Shown here piece by piece: positions 14,231 to 27,129 of a stretch of DNA of 64,000 nucleotides. The stretch is from assembly GCA_012295275.1 (NCBI GenBank), contig CM022670.1:19344001-19408000 (forward strand), given 5' to 3'. The translations under genes were made by a program, and so were the position numbers. Under the pieces are notes generated by a model, which was not told the origin of the DNA, did no database searches, and was given only the letters and a program-made list of their open reading frames with translations. Every line of letters begins with the position of its first letter. Position 1 is the stretch's first letter. The DNA comes from Chrysomallon squamiferum. Lineage: Eukaryota > Animalia > Mollusca.

Positions 14231-17200
14231 TTTTTATAATAATTTGTAACAAGAATATAAGATAAGATAAAATAAAATATAACAATAATCACTATTTGTA
14301 CATTTTTCTATTTTCTTTGTTTTTTCTTCTTTTAAAAACATTTACATTTTATTTTATTTTATTTTTTTAATTGTGTTTCTTTAAAAAAATACTTAGTTTG
14401 TTTTTAATTCTTAATTTTTAAATTAGTTTTTGTTTTAATATTATGCAATATTTGAAACACCTAAAAATTTGCATTAACTAATAACTTAAATACTGCAAAG
14501 TTTAATAAACATGGTTGAAATTGGATATTACTAAACATTTTGATGTGAATGTTAATATCTAACAATAATAACATTAAAATATTAATTTCAGAGAATTATA
14601 TTAAAGAGTTAAAAATCTGAATATTTATTATTAAAGGTAGAAAAAGAATTTCTTGAAAGATCTGAAATGAAAACATTAATATTTACAACTTTGAAAGATT
14701 TAAGTTTTTATTATATATTATGAGAAATAATTTATTTATATAGAGTGTTGAATAGTATAATGAATTTCAATATTATTTTTAATATTGGAGAGTTATAGTT
14801 AGGGTATAAAAATTATCATTTAATCACATTAAAATGTAGATGGATGATACTGGATTATAAATACTTACAAAAGAACAAAAACTCTCAAATACAACAGCAT
14901 CAGCAACAGTAAAACAAACAAAAATGAGATAAAATATAAAGAAAAGAAACGAAAAGGTTTAAAAGATACATTTGTGAAATTTGTTTAATTCCTAACATAG
15001 AACTTGTAATATTTATCATCATTAATTTCAGATTGGCTTCTCTCTGTACTGCTTAAAAGATTTGACACCATCTGCTGAAATTACAGCCTCGAGTCGACAG
15101 GCCATGATTGGTAGTCTTACAGGTTTGTTTCCTTTGTTTTGGAGTTGCTTCAGCGTGTTTGATATTTATTTTATTTTAAGAGGTATTTTACTTGTGATTT
15201 AAAAGAAAACAAATCCACCAAAAATTCTTTACTGATTATAATGTAAGTTGCCTGTAAAATGAATGAATGAAATATTACATTTTATTATTTTAACTGTGCA
15301 TTTTATAATTTATTATTAATTATGTTAATGAAACAAAAGATCCTTTCAGTTGATTTCTTCACACTGCATTCTATTTTTGGATTAATAATATCAGATCAAA
15401 TATTTTATCATATGAAAAGTTTCTTTTGTTGTTAATTTCCTTTTTAAGTCTTTCATTATTATTATTCTTTTTTGTGTTAAATCACATATATTATTTAATT
15501 TTTAGATAACTCCACAGAAACATTCTGGGAGAGTGGTGATGAGGACAGAAACAAGTTAAAAGTTTTAACTGTTATCTGTTCTAAACGGTCAGAACCCAAG
15601 ATGGTGTATGTTCACATAGACAACACAAGAGATGTTGCTGTATGTAATATAAATATCACTGATTATTTTTATAAATTATTTCAAATCATTGTTGAAAGTT
15701 ATCTTCTTAAACTATTTCTCAGTTAATTTATTAGTTTATTTAATTTGATTATATGAATTATGTTTCTGTATGATCATGTAGACAATACAAGAATACCATT
15801 AAATATTGTTTGATATCAGTAATGAAAATTATCTTACTAAATTTTTTCCTCAATTTTAATTAAGTGCTTTATTTAATTTTCTTATGTGAATTATGTTTTT
15901 ATATATATATATATTTTTAATAATCATAACTAAATAAACTGTTTATATATTTATGTATTTTTATATTATAAATTCACTTTCTTTAGTTTTCAAAAAAATT
16001 AATGGTTTTGGGGAGAATGTTTATTTATTTATTTATTTTTTTTTGTCTTGAATATAACATTATTTAAAAATCACAAGACTATTTTACAAAAACAGTTTTC
16101 TGTTACTGTAAAAAAAGGGGGGGGGATATAAAATTCCATTTAACTTTGCATCACAGATTCTTAATTTCTATGATTCTGATATGGATCTAAAAACAGTATT
16201 CAGAAAAAAACAAAAAAAAAAAAACAAGATAAGAAAAGCTGGATCTTCATATCACTTATTTGACATACTTGTTTAAACTTATAAAAATGATTTATTTGCT
16301 ATTTTATTATTATTTATTTTAGAACAAAGTTGCCAATATAATATTTAGTGCTGGCTCAAGCTCTGAAGAACTGAAGAGAATTAAACAGGTAGACTTGAAA
16401 GTTTTTAAAATTAATTTCACATACATTGCATAAAACAAAATATATAAAAAAAATATTATTTGCAAAACTAATATTACTGGAAAATAATTTTGTAACTTTA
16501 TAAATATCTACATTTTAAAGGAATTTATTTGCAGATGTATATTTAAAAAAATAAATTTATTGTAAATCGGTGTTAATAAAATTAAGACAGTTCTATAAAC
16601 AAAACATCTTGATTTTTTATGTGTTTTTTTTTATTGTTTTAAATGTCTTTAATAATATATATATATATATATGTTCTTCTGGATGACATTTGTAAATTTT
16701 CTCTTTTATGACATCATTATACAGTAAAAATTTAAAAATAATAATAAACAAAAAGGAATTAAGAAATCATATATTTAACATCTAATAATGATTAATATTA
16801 AACAAATCTGAGGAGTTGTTAACCAAAAATATTCATTCATTCAGATGGAGTTAGATAACAGGAGTGCAGGCTGGATGAGCTGCTCACTTCCAGAGTCAAA
16901 CAGTTACTACATTCAGCTAGAACTGCGAGGATCTGACCAGAGTCTTCGTGTCAGGCAGATCAAAGTACTTGGAGAAGAAATCGGAGAATCGAACCGTCTT
17001 CCGATCAAAAAGACTGCCTCAGACATCCAGCAAGACAGCTGTGAGGCAGAAACATTGAAAGTTTTCAGAATTTTGACAGGACAGGTTAATATTTATAATT
17101 TTTTTCTTATTAAGTAGTTTATTCATTTTGGTTGTTTTATACACTCACTGTTTTTTGTTTTTCTTAATGTCACATGTGGATGTTGATTATAAAAATTTAA

Positions 17201-20200
17201 TGTTGTCATTAGATCAGTTATGACACTATTGTTTTTACAGATTTTCTTCCTGATTTATAGAGACTGTTAAAAAGATGTATTAAAATGTAACCCATATACA
17301 ATTAAAATTTAGAATCACAGTTATTGATTTAAAAATGGTTATAAAGAGGAGGATACTTCCATTTTTACTAGTATCTATAATTGTTATATATTCTCGATTT
17401 AATTCATTACTGTAGTTTTGTATTTATGATTTATAATAATGATTTAATCTGTTAATTGATGAAATGTTTATTTGTATCATCTCACCAAGTCAAAAATATA
17501 AAAGTAGTGCTCTATATAAACCAAATAGAATAAAAAAGTACTAGTTTCAAATCTCATAGTTTAGCTTGAATTGTTTAAAGTAAACCACTGTCTAGTTAAC
17601 TATGAAATATCCTAGCAGTGGTGTGAATAGAACAAGATGCAAAAAGGAAAACCCAACTCCATATTTCCATTTGATGCACTTTATCATTATGGAACTAACA
17701 ATTAAGTTTGGCTTCATATAAAACAATACTGAAATACAATGGTATGTTTCAGGTTTTTGGTCGTCTGATTTTCCCACTGGAAAAGTTTGAAGAGGTACCA
17801 GAGAACAAAGCAGAACTTGAACAGGTTGATGGTGATAATGATTTGAAGGAACACATGGTTGGCATCCTCTTCAGTCGGAGTAAACTGTCTCACCTACAGA
17901 AACAGGTATTTGTATAGTTTTTTGTTTTCTTTTTATATTATTATGTAAGTTTTAATTTAATGTTAGATTTTGTTATCAAAAATATTTGGAGAAAGCATGT
18001 GTAAACAAGAGTATGTTTGAATGCAGATGCTAAAATTTGTGTACTTTCATATGCATTTGTTTAAACACAATTCCTCTTCATTGTTGAAAACATGCATGTC
18101 CACACACACATAATACAAACACAAGTCTGCACACAAACATTTGCACACCTACACACATACACAGATGTACAAATATAAGTACTTTCTAACTTACAGACCA
18201 GATAATTATACATACATAAATGTTTTCATTTATCTTCTTTCCATTCATACGACAAGAAACCTACATTTAATATAAAATAGAAATAATAACCCTTTTTATC
18301 TTTCTTACCTTATTATTCAGTTCTAATTAACAAAAGCAATATCTTTAATTTTTAGGATTTGGGATTGCATGACATTAACAGTGACCTTAGACACCAGGTG
18401 CCAGTATTGTCTTACTAATAACACAACTAACCATTGCTTTGGCTTTTCTGCTTTTGTTTTCAATTCATTTTAATAGATGGGTTAATATTTGTTATTTAGA
18501 TTTAAAATAATTGTTTTGTGAATTTCAAATTAATGTAAAATACAATGATTATTATTATTAATTTTTTAAATCAATATAATCTTACTGGTTTATTGGAGTG
18601 AAAAGTTTTCAAATAAAAACTTTAAAAAAAATCCACACACACACACACACACGTGTGTGTGTTTGTGTACTGGATGGATACACTGACATTTTGAAAATAA
18701 TTTAATATTTTATTTACTTTAACCTTTCATAAAAGTTTATATTTCCTTAGTTTCTAAAAAGTTAGGTGGGATAGCTGCAGGTTTTGAATTTGGCTGTTTT
18801 TCAACTCCAGCAAAAGATATATTGTTATTTGATGCATAATTAGAATAACAATCATTCCAGACTGAATTATTTTACCCCTTTCAATTTATATCTTTAAATG
18901 AAGTATTTGTAAATAATTATTTAAATTGTTTATTTAATTTAATTTTATATATTTTAACATTTCACAAACATTTTGTTATACACACTGCATTTGTTTCCAT
19001 TCAGTTATTTATTTATTTCATTTTTTTTTTTTGTTGATTAAAGTGTATATGTATTTTTTTCAAGTTCATATTTAAATTTGGAACAGCAGACACATATAGA
19101 TATTCAAACTGAATGACAAACTTGCATAATAAATTATGTTTAACATTGATTTGTATCATTCACCTTTTGTAATTTTGTTAGCTTTTCTTATAATACATGT
19201 TGACAACAAGCAGATACAGAGTTCCATGTTAAGATATCCAGATAATTCTTTAAGCAGATGAAACACCAACATTTTCTTTAACATAGCTGCAAGTTTGATT
19301 TGAATGTACTTTATTTTAGTTCAAGTATTTTTTTATTTTACAGATAATAGAGTTATTTGAACATTTTTTTTCTGTTGTATATAAAGCTGTGTATTTTAGA
19401 TTCCAGATTATAAAATATGACTAGAAAATTGGTAAACGTCACATAAATTATGCTTTTCATTTTGTGTCATATAATTATTTTTTGTTTTGGTTTGTGTTTT
19501 ATAAGATATTATGACACTTTTATCAGGAACATAGATTAAGATTTAAGAATTTTATCACCACCAATAATTAAAAAAAGTTACTTTAAATGCAGTTTTTAAG
19601 AAATTATTTTTTATTTGGAGTTCACTAATAAATAACTTATATCTTCAAGATTTGTTTGCATTGCCAATAACTGTAAATACAGATAAATTGTTCTGTCACA
19701 GAAAGTAACAGACAGATGACAGCAAATTTTAAATTTTATATTGTTTCTTTTGAAGAATATTATTATTATTATTATTATTATTATTTATGTGGTTTTTATT
19801 ATTTGTTTTTATTATGGTACATTTGTTTTTCATTTTATAATGTGTCTTTAATAATTGTTAATGTTTTAAACTGTCCATAGATCGTTAAATAAATTATTTA
19901 AGATTTTATGTATTTTAGTATTATTTATTTTTCATTTTATAAGAAAAAAATAAAACAAATAAAAATAAATAAAAATAAAAATAAAAATAATTAAATAAAT
20001 ATATAAAAGAGGTACATATGCACATAAATGCACAAAATTACTGACATAAATTAATAACAACTAAAAAAAAAACCCACTATTAAAATTCTTCTTTTTTTAA
20101 AATAATTGTTGAAAATTATGTTTAAGTATATCTTATTATGTATGTGTGAACTTCTGTTTCAGAAATACTCATCAAGTGAATCCTGTTGATTTGATAATTA

Positions 20201-21940
20201 CACAAAACAAAGAAAATTAAATTATTTATATGTTTAATTAATTTAACTAGGTATAATTTTCTACTTGGAAGTTTGGTATTTTGTTTTGTAGGTTTGCTTA
20301 CATATTGTTCAGGGAATCAGAAAAGAGGCTGCACGAATCAAAGAAGAATGGGAATCAACTCTTGGAAACAAGCAAGAAATGGTTGAAGACAATAGGTACA
20401 TTTGTATCTTTTAAATTACATACTTTAATGATATGAGAAAAAAAATTGGAAATAAGTAGGTAACAAGATCTGCATAATATACTAATTCAATATTAATAAA
20501 TTCAGAAATTGAAAAAGTATATTTTAGATATTTTTTGTTCTATTTTATGTTGTTTTTTTTGTAATTTTTTGTTGTTGCAGCTTAATAGTTAATGAGTAAT
20601 AGAGCTTATTGATACAGTGATGAATAGTGATGAATTTAAAATCCAAATATTTAGTGAAATAATGGTCTATGTAAATATAAAAACCAAGAAACAGCAACAC
20701 ATACCAAGTGAATTTTTAAACTGTGTTATATTTATTTCCAGGGGTTCTGATGTTTATTGTTTTGAGCTGCTGTCCATGGTTCTGGCACTTAGTGGATCCA
20801 GTGTTGGTAGAAATTACTTGGCTCAGCAGTATAAACTTATACAAGACTTGTTTGGTTTACTACACACAGCAACTCCACGCATCATGAGACAGGTAAACAT
20901 TATATTATTATTATTATTATTACTTTATCAGATATATATGATAAAAGAACTTGTTTCAGAAAGTGAAATTTTTTTTTTCAAAAACAAAATGAGAATCAAG
21001 AAAGAAAGAAAAAGAATGTTGGTATCAACTTCAGTTTACATTCATTTTTATTTTGGGGCTAAATAAGAGTAGAGAGAGAAGGAGAAGATTATAGGATGAG
21101 GCCATAGCACTAATTACTGCAGATATAATACCATAGTCTTTTATTCAATTATATTATAATGCTTTTTTTTAAAGATAATTGAAAACTTGCTAAATGATTT
21201 AATTTTTGAATGTAATGTTTTTGAAAGATTAAAAACAAAACATTATTACCATTGTATTGATAAATATATTTTTATTGCCCCCTATTTTTAGGTAACATCA
21301 GTTTTGCGCAGAGTTCTGCCAGATGTCAAACCCCAGATTTTGGCCAACATATTATCTGTGCCACATTTACCACCTACTGACTACAGCATTGTGGCAGTCA
21401 CTGCTAAAGATGGAGTCAACGACACTTTCAATCCTGAAACACCTGGTAAGGGTATTCTGTTAAATGAATTTAAATGTTAAAGCAACACTTCTGTTATTTT
21501 TATTTTATTATTATATTTTTTATCTGAATTTCTTTTACTCTATTTTATAAGTTTTATAATTATATCTGAATAAAAGTTCCAGATAGACAGGGGCATACCA
21601 GTAGCATTTTTTCTTCTTTAAAATGAAATTGACTTCATCTTAAAAAAGTAATGGTGCACTTTTTGTATATTATCCAAAACCTTTTCTTAAAAACTGTAAT
21701 AACAATGATCTGCTGATTACAATTTCCTGTCATCAGTTTATTTTCTCTGTTTATTGTTAAATAAGTTTATATATTCTCCACAGGCATTTTGGATGTATTC
21801 TTGGCTTGTATCAGCAAAGCTTTGTCTGTACAAACTAGAGTAAAGAGTTGTGGTCCAAGCAAGGGAGTGTCCACCATCCAGTTGTCTGATTGTCTTCAGG
21901 GAGAGTCTGTCAGGTAGATTTCTTCTTATTTCTAAATCCA

Positions 21941-21975
<35 letters not shown>

Positions 21976-24900
21976 GCAGAAATAACTTGATAACTAGATC
22001 CTGACTTGGTACTCTAAGATTAATTTTGAATGCAAAATATACAAATGAAAATATTAATTGAATTCACAATTTGTAATTTCAGTGCCACAGGTTGTCGCTG
22101 GTGGTTGAGAGGTCATATGTCTGAAGCACAAGCTTCCTCCATCATCAACTTGGTCAGAGACATGGCTGCTGTAAGTTCACAGATAAGAAAATTATTATAT
22201 TTTCATTTATCTTTATAAATACTATAGTTAATTACTTGGTCTCATTCATACAGAGGTGTGGAGCAGAGTGATAGAGTATTAACATTGTATAATTAATTTG
22301 TTCAGTTTACATTTTATTAGTTCATAAAAGTTTGTGTCAGTTGGCTGATAAGGAGTGGTAAACACTAAAGTATAATTTATTTTTATTTTTATTTTTAATA
22401 TTATATTTGTCAGCTGTTTTACTATAACACTTTTCCAGGGTAATTTATCAGAGACTTGGGCTGAAGTAACCAAAGCTGCAATCGCTGAATCAATTCTAAA
22501 CCTGACCAAACTTAGTGAGGCAGATCGTGATTCTGTGTCCTGTGTAAAAATACCCACAGTAAGTGATACATAATATTTAATAATCATTATTACAAAATAA
22601 ATCAATTAAATTAATTACTATTATTATTATTATTATTATTACTATTTATTTATTTATTTCCAAAGTTTCTTTTCATACTTGAAATATTTATCTCCAATAT
22701 TGAAAACATTTTACCAATAATATCTTTTGAAATTATTCACTTTATTGTTGATTATTATCATCTTATTATTATTGTTAATATAATAATAAAACTATAAGTT
22801 CAATAAAATAATATTTTTAATGTATTTATCAGCTTTGGCTAGGCCTGGCTGCTCTGTGTGTGTTAGACCAGGACCATTCTGAACGTCTTTCCTCTGGAGA
22901 GTGGGTGGCCAGCCAAGATGGACAGCATGGACATCCTAGGGTAAGAGTTTTCTCTAATTAAAAGATATGATAAGAAGTGCATTTGTATACTTGGTAAACA
23001 AGTTCTAAAATTACAAAAGTGCTTAATACTGTTACCTCAGAATGCATAGTACGGTATGACATATTAGTATATGAATTATTCTGTTTGATTTGTTTACATG
23101 TATGCATAAGAAACACTGAACCTTAAGGTGTAGTTTCCAGTAAATTAAACTGAACTAATTTTATTTTAAACTATCCTTCAATTTTCTGTTAAAATATTTC
23201 TGTTCAATGATTTATTATTTTTATGTATTAGATAATACATACTAATTTGTCATTTTTAAATGTAATTTTCTAAAATAAATTTAATAATTCTAAAACTAAA
23301 ACGAAATATTAAATTATAAAATAGTGTGGAAAAAACAACAAAACAAAACAAAAATGACAACAACAACAAAAACACCAGAAAACAAATACCACAACAAAAA
23401 CAAACAACAAAACAAATAATTATAAAGTATAATTAATTTATTTCATTTATTTTAATAATTTTGATTTCAGCCTACTTGTGATAACCATGATGATGGACTC
23501 ACACCAGCCATTATTCTCTGTAATGAATGTGGTAACCTGTGTGCTGACTGTGATAAATATCTTCATCTTCAGAAGAAAACACGAACTCACCAAAGACAGG
23601 TGAAAAGATTGTTGGAATGTCAGATTATAACATATGCTAAAACTCTGAATTATCAAGAATTTGCACACAATGCTATATAAAAATCCCTTCTGGTTTTTTA
23701 ACCTTTTTTCATTTTGTTCTCAAATTTTTTTATTATCATTTAAAGTTGCTCAAATGTGATTTATATTTTACATAATTTTGTGACTACTGGAATAGCAGTT
23801 TCATGTCTTTCACTATAGTTAAAAAAAGATTTGGAAATATTTAAATATTTTCAGAGAGTGCTTTTTAAAAAGTGACAAATGTGAAGAAAAAAAAAATTAT
23901 CATTCAAATATATTTTTAGGTCTTCCGAGAGGAAGAAGAAGCAATCAAAGTTGATCTTCACGAAGGATGTGGTCGAATCAAACTGTTTTGGTTGATGGCT
24001 CTTGCTGATTCCAAGACACTAAAAGCAATGGTGGAATTTAGAGAAGGTAAATTAATTTTTTTATTCTGATGTAATCATTTTAGTCCTATAATATTTATTG
24101 GCATTTTTTTTTTTTTTTTTTTTTTTAAATAATTTTTATGTAATTCTCTTTGAAAATATATTGAAGGAGATTGAAGTTTAATATTTACTTTCTTGTTTAT
24201 GATGTGGTTCACAGGAAAATTATCAGCTGCAACAACTGTTGGTCTAGGAACATGTAGATTCTGTGGAACAACAAGTAACACAGGAATTCTGGCTATAGGA
24301 AATGTGTGTTCTGATCCAGACTGCCAGGTTAATCATTTTATTTATACTTGTTTATTATTTATATACATAATTTATTTTTTAGAAATTTTCTGTATTTTCT
24401 ATACAATTTGTAATAATTTTGTTATTTAGCTCATTGTTTTGACTATTTTATCAAGAACTGTTTTTGTTACATGGCTGAAGATATTTGTCTCAGAGATAGG
24501 ATTTCATATTAAAAAATATTCAGTTAACTACTGATATGTAAAATGTTTATCTTATTTTCATTATTTTATTTTATTTTATTATATTTTATTTTATTTATTG
24601 TCATCAAATCAAGTTGGGTATATTATAAACACAAAATTTATATATATTTTTTTAAAGGCACATGCCAATAATGCCTGCACCAAAATCCTGCCTTGTGGCC
24701 ATCCCTGTGGAGGAATTCGGAATGAAGAAAAATGTCTGCCATGTTTACACCGCTGTCAGTCATATGATCAGAAATCATTACGTCAGGATGCTGATGACAT
24801 GTGTATGATTTGTTTCACAGAGGCTCTGTCTGCTGCACCTGCCATTCTGGTATTTATGTTAACCATTTTCCTTCATATTTGCACACATACACAAAATTCA

Positions 24901-27129
24901 GACAGTCAATAAAAGGAAAAAAAAAAATTAATGTTTCTAAATAAAAAAATGTTTTATGTTTTTATTGCCATTGTTGTTGTTAATTTTATTGTCATATATG
25001 TGTATATATATATTTTTATTTTTATTTTTTTTATTTTTTTTTTCAGCTTAAATGTGGCCACGTGTTTCATCTTCATTGCTGCAGGAAGATTCTAGAAAAG
25101 AAATGGGTTGGCCCAAGAATCACATTTGGTTTTTCGTTGTGTCCTATATGCAAGGTATTTAACATATTTAAGTTCTGTGAAATATACTTTGGGATTTTTG
25201 AATTGATGTTAAAATTTTTTCTAGAATTACAATCCTGAAATTAAAGAAGCATTTGAACATGCCATGTAAAAGTTAAACATGGTTCTTTATTTACAACATT
25301 AAACATAATTTTTTATAGTGTTTGTTTTATATGAATGGTACACTGGAAAAGGAAATTGTGATATGTGCACAAGCTTCTCAATTTAAAGAATTTTAATTTC
25401 AAATGTTTATTAATTATATTTACAATAATCAGAATTTTACTTTGATATCTTAATAATATATGTGATATATATATTTCCCTGGACATTAATCTATGTATGT
25501 TGGTAATCAAGTAACATATTTAATTCTTTTTCAAGGATCCAATTGATCATCCAGTGTTGAAGGAACTACTGCAGCCAATAATGGAACTATATGAGAGTGT
25601 GAGGAGAAAAGCTCTGATGAGGCTGGAGTATGAGGGCCTGATGAAAGCTGAAGCTATAGAAACACCTGGAGCGAGATTTTACAAAGACCCTTCTGGCTTT
25701 GCAATGGAACGATATGCTTATTATGTCTGTTACAAATGTTTAAAGGTAATTTCACAGTATGGATGATGAAGACAAAACAAAAACAAAATCTAAAACAAAA
25801 AGAAAAGGCTTAAATCCTTTGTTACCAGTTCTGGAGGAAAAATAATTAAAAAAATATGTATATATATTTAAAAAAAGAAACAGCATCAGATAAAAAGACA
25901 TCACTGAAAACTTGTAACATTCTTCATTTCAGATTATAGTAATATATTTCATATTATTTGAAAATAAAAAATTCTGCTAGATTTTTCATTGTAAGTTGGG
26001 CTGGTGTACTGGTTTTCAGTCTTATTCTCTTCATTACAGGCATACTATGGTGGAGAGGCAAGATGTGATGACCAGGCTGGAGCAGGAGACAACTATGATC
26101 CAAAAGAATTAGTGTGTGGTGCTTGTTCTGATGTGTCCAGAGCACAGGTTATTATTATTGAATTTATAAGTATTTTATTATTAAATCAGCTACAGTTATC
26201 CCACAAACTTCATTACATTTAACTTTTTTTTTTTATCTGTGGAGATTATGAATCAAAAATAAATATTGAGTAAATATTTGACCATTAACAAATAGAAATG
26301 TTGTCTGGCAATCCCTAAGCATTTGCAAATATAAATTTAATTATCAATAAAAGTTATTTTTTGCTGATATATTTATAACATTTAACACAACTTTTGTTAT
26401 TTACAGATGTGTCCAAAACATGGAACAGATTTCTTGGAATACAAGTGCAGATACTGCTGCTCTGTGGCTGTGTTTTTCTGTTTTGGTACCACACACTTCT
26501 GTAATGCCTGTCATGATGATTTTCAACGAGTTACAAATATTAGTAAGACAGAGTTACCACACTGTCCAGCAGGTAAATCATTAAAATTGTAGTTTGTTAC
26601 AAGGACTCATTAATTTCTGATTGTTTTGGGTCATACTTAGATCAGCAATTATTTTATTTTAACAGATAAAGATTTATTATGATTTATTATTGTAACAAAA
26701 AATAATTAGAAAAACAAAAATGTCTTTAAAATCAACTCATAAAAAATAGAAGGAATAAACTAATACTGAATTTAATTTTAGACAATAACTGGAAGATACA
26801 GTTAAATATTTGAAGCAGTTATTTCTGTAGTCTTTAAAAGTGAAAATTGGTAATGCTGATGTTTATGTTATGTTAATTGAATTATAAACACACCCATTTT
26901 TTCATAATGAAACAGCAGCAAAAATATTTTGTAGTTTTTTGTTTGAAATTATTTAAAAACCTTTCTCAAGCATTTTACATTTTTGTTAACAATGACAATC
27001 ATACAATTTACAGGTCCTAGAGGTAAACAGCTTGAAGGAGAAGAATGTCCTCTTCATGTACAACATCCACCAACAGGAGAGGAATTTGCACTTGGATGTG
27101 GAGTGTGTCGAAATGCCCACACTTTCTAG
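72..27129 (+). CDS. MYCBP2: E3 ubiquitin ligase MYCBP2/highwire/RPM-1 (PHR family), 3' portion; gene begins upstream of the window
   Basis: GT-AG exons joining in frame: 72-196, 450-714, 4395-4730, 7310-7414, 7609-7912, 8344-8475, 8864-10421, 10815-11013, 11418-11620, 12078-12239, 12536-12676, 12974-13117, 15032-15122, 15506-15639, 16323-16388, 16845-17084, 17753-17905, 20292-20395, 20742-20892, 21292-21445, 21784-21913, 22083-22170, 22439-22558, 22833-22940, 23471-23599, 23920-24046, 24215-24327, 24658-24849, 25047-25154, 25536-25745, 26040-26147, 26407-26572, 27014-27129 (TAG). PHR hallmarks: [33 protein letters not shown]-like [25 protein letters not shown]-box CDNHDDG, RING-H2 [32 protein letters not shown], and C-terminus [21 protein letters not shown]. 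Confidence 0.97.
1212..1229 (+). CDS. Candidate 18-nt MYCBP2 microexon (DDHPE)
   Basis: atttacag|atgatgaccacccagaag|gtaata; symmetric phase 1, stop-free. Confidence 0.6.
2141..2194 (+). CDS. Candidate 54-nt MYCBP2 exon ([18 protein letters not shown])
   Basis: ttttatctccag|...catccag|gtaaat; phase 1/1, stop-free, GC-richer than the intron; TGCATG at 2284-2289. Confidence 0.75.
4045..4092. repeat. (AAT)n microsatellite
   Basis: Perfect AAT run; similar runs near 21946, 42548 and 62342. Confidence 0.95.
5728..5871 (+). CDS. Candidate MYCBP2 alternative exon ([19 protein letters not shown]...[10 protein letters not shown])
   Basis: Long poly-T tract, tandem CAGCAG acceptor (5725-5730), donor G|gtaaga; 144 or 141 nt, phase 1/1, stop-free. 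Confidence 0.65.
8864..10421 (+). CDS. MYCBP2: MYCBP2 large internal exon (1558 nt) with Cys/His-rich segment
   Basis: ORF 8832-10472; acceptor ttacag|8864, donor CAG|gtaaat at 10421/10422; [24 protein letters not shown]...GWAGNCG...WYLMCDVC. Confidence 0.95.
24658..27129 (+). CDS. MYCBP2: MYCBP2 RING-Cys-relay (RCR) catalytic module exons
   Basis: RING-H2 followed by [14 protein letters not shown]...[22 protein letters not shown]; the two relay cysteines (EARC and FFCF) are 52 residues apart, as in human C4520/C4572. Confidence 0.95.

Noticed and set aside
18634-18662. (CA)n-(TG)n fold-back
   Set aside because: Short microsatellite junction with no further support for function.
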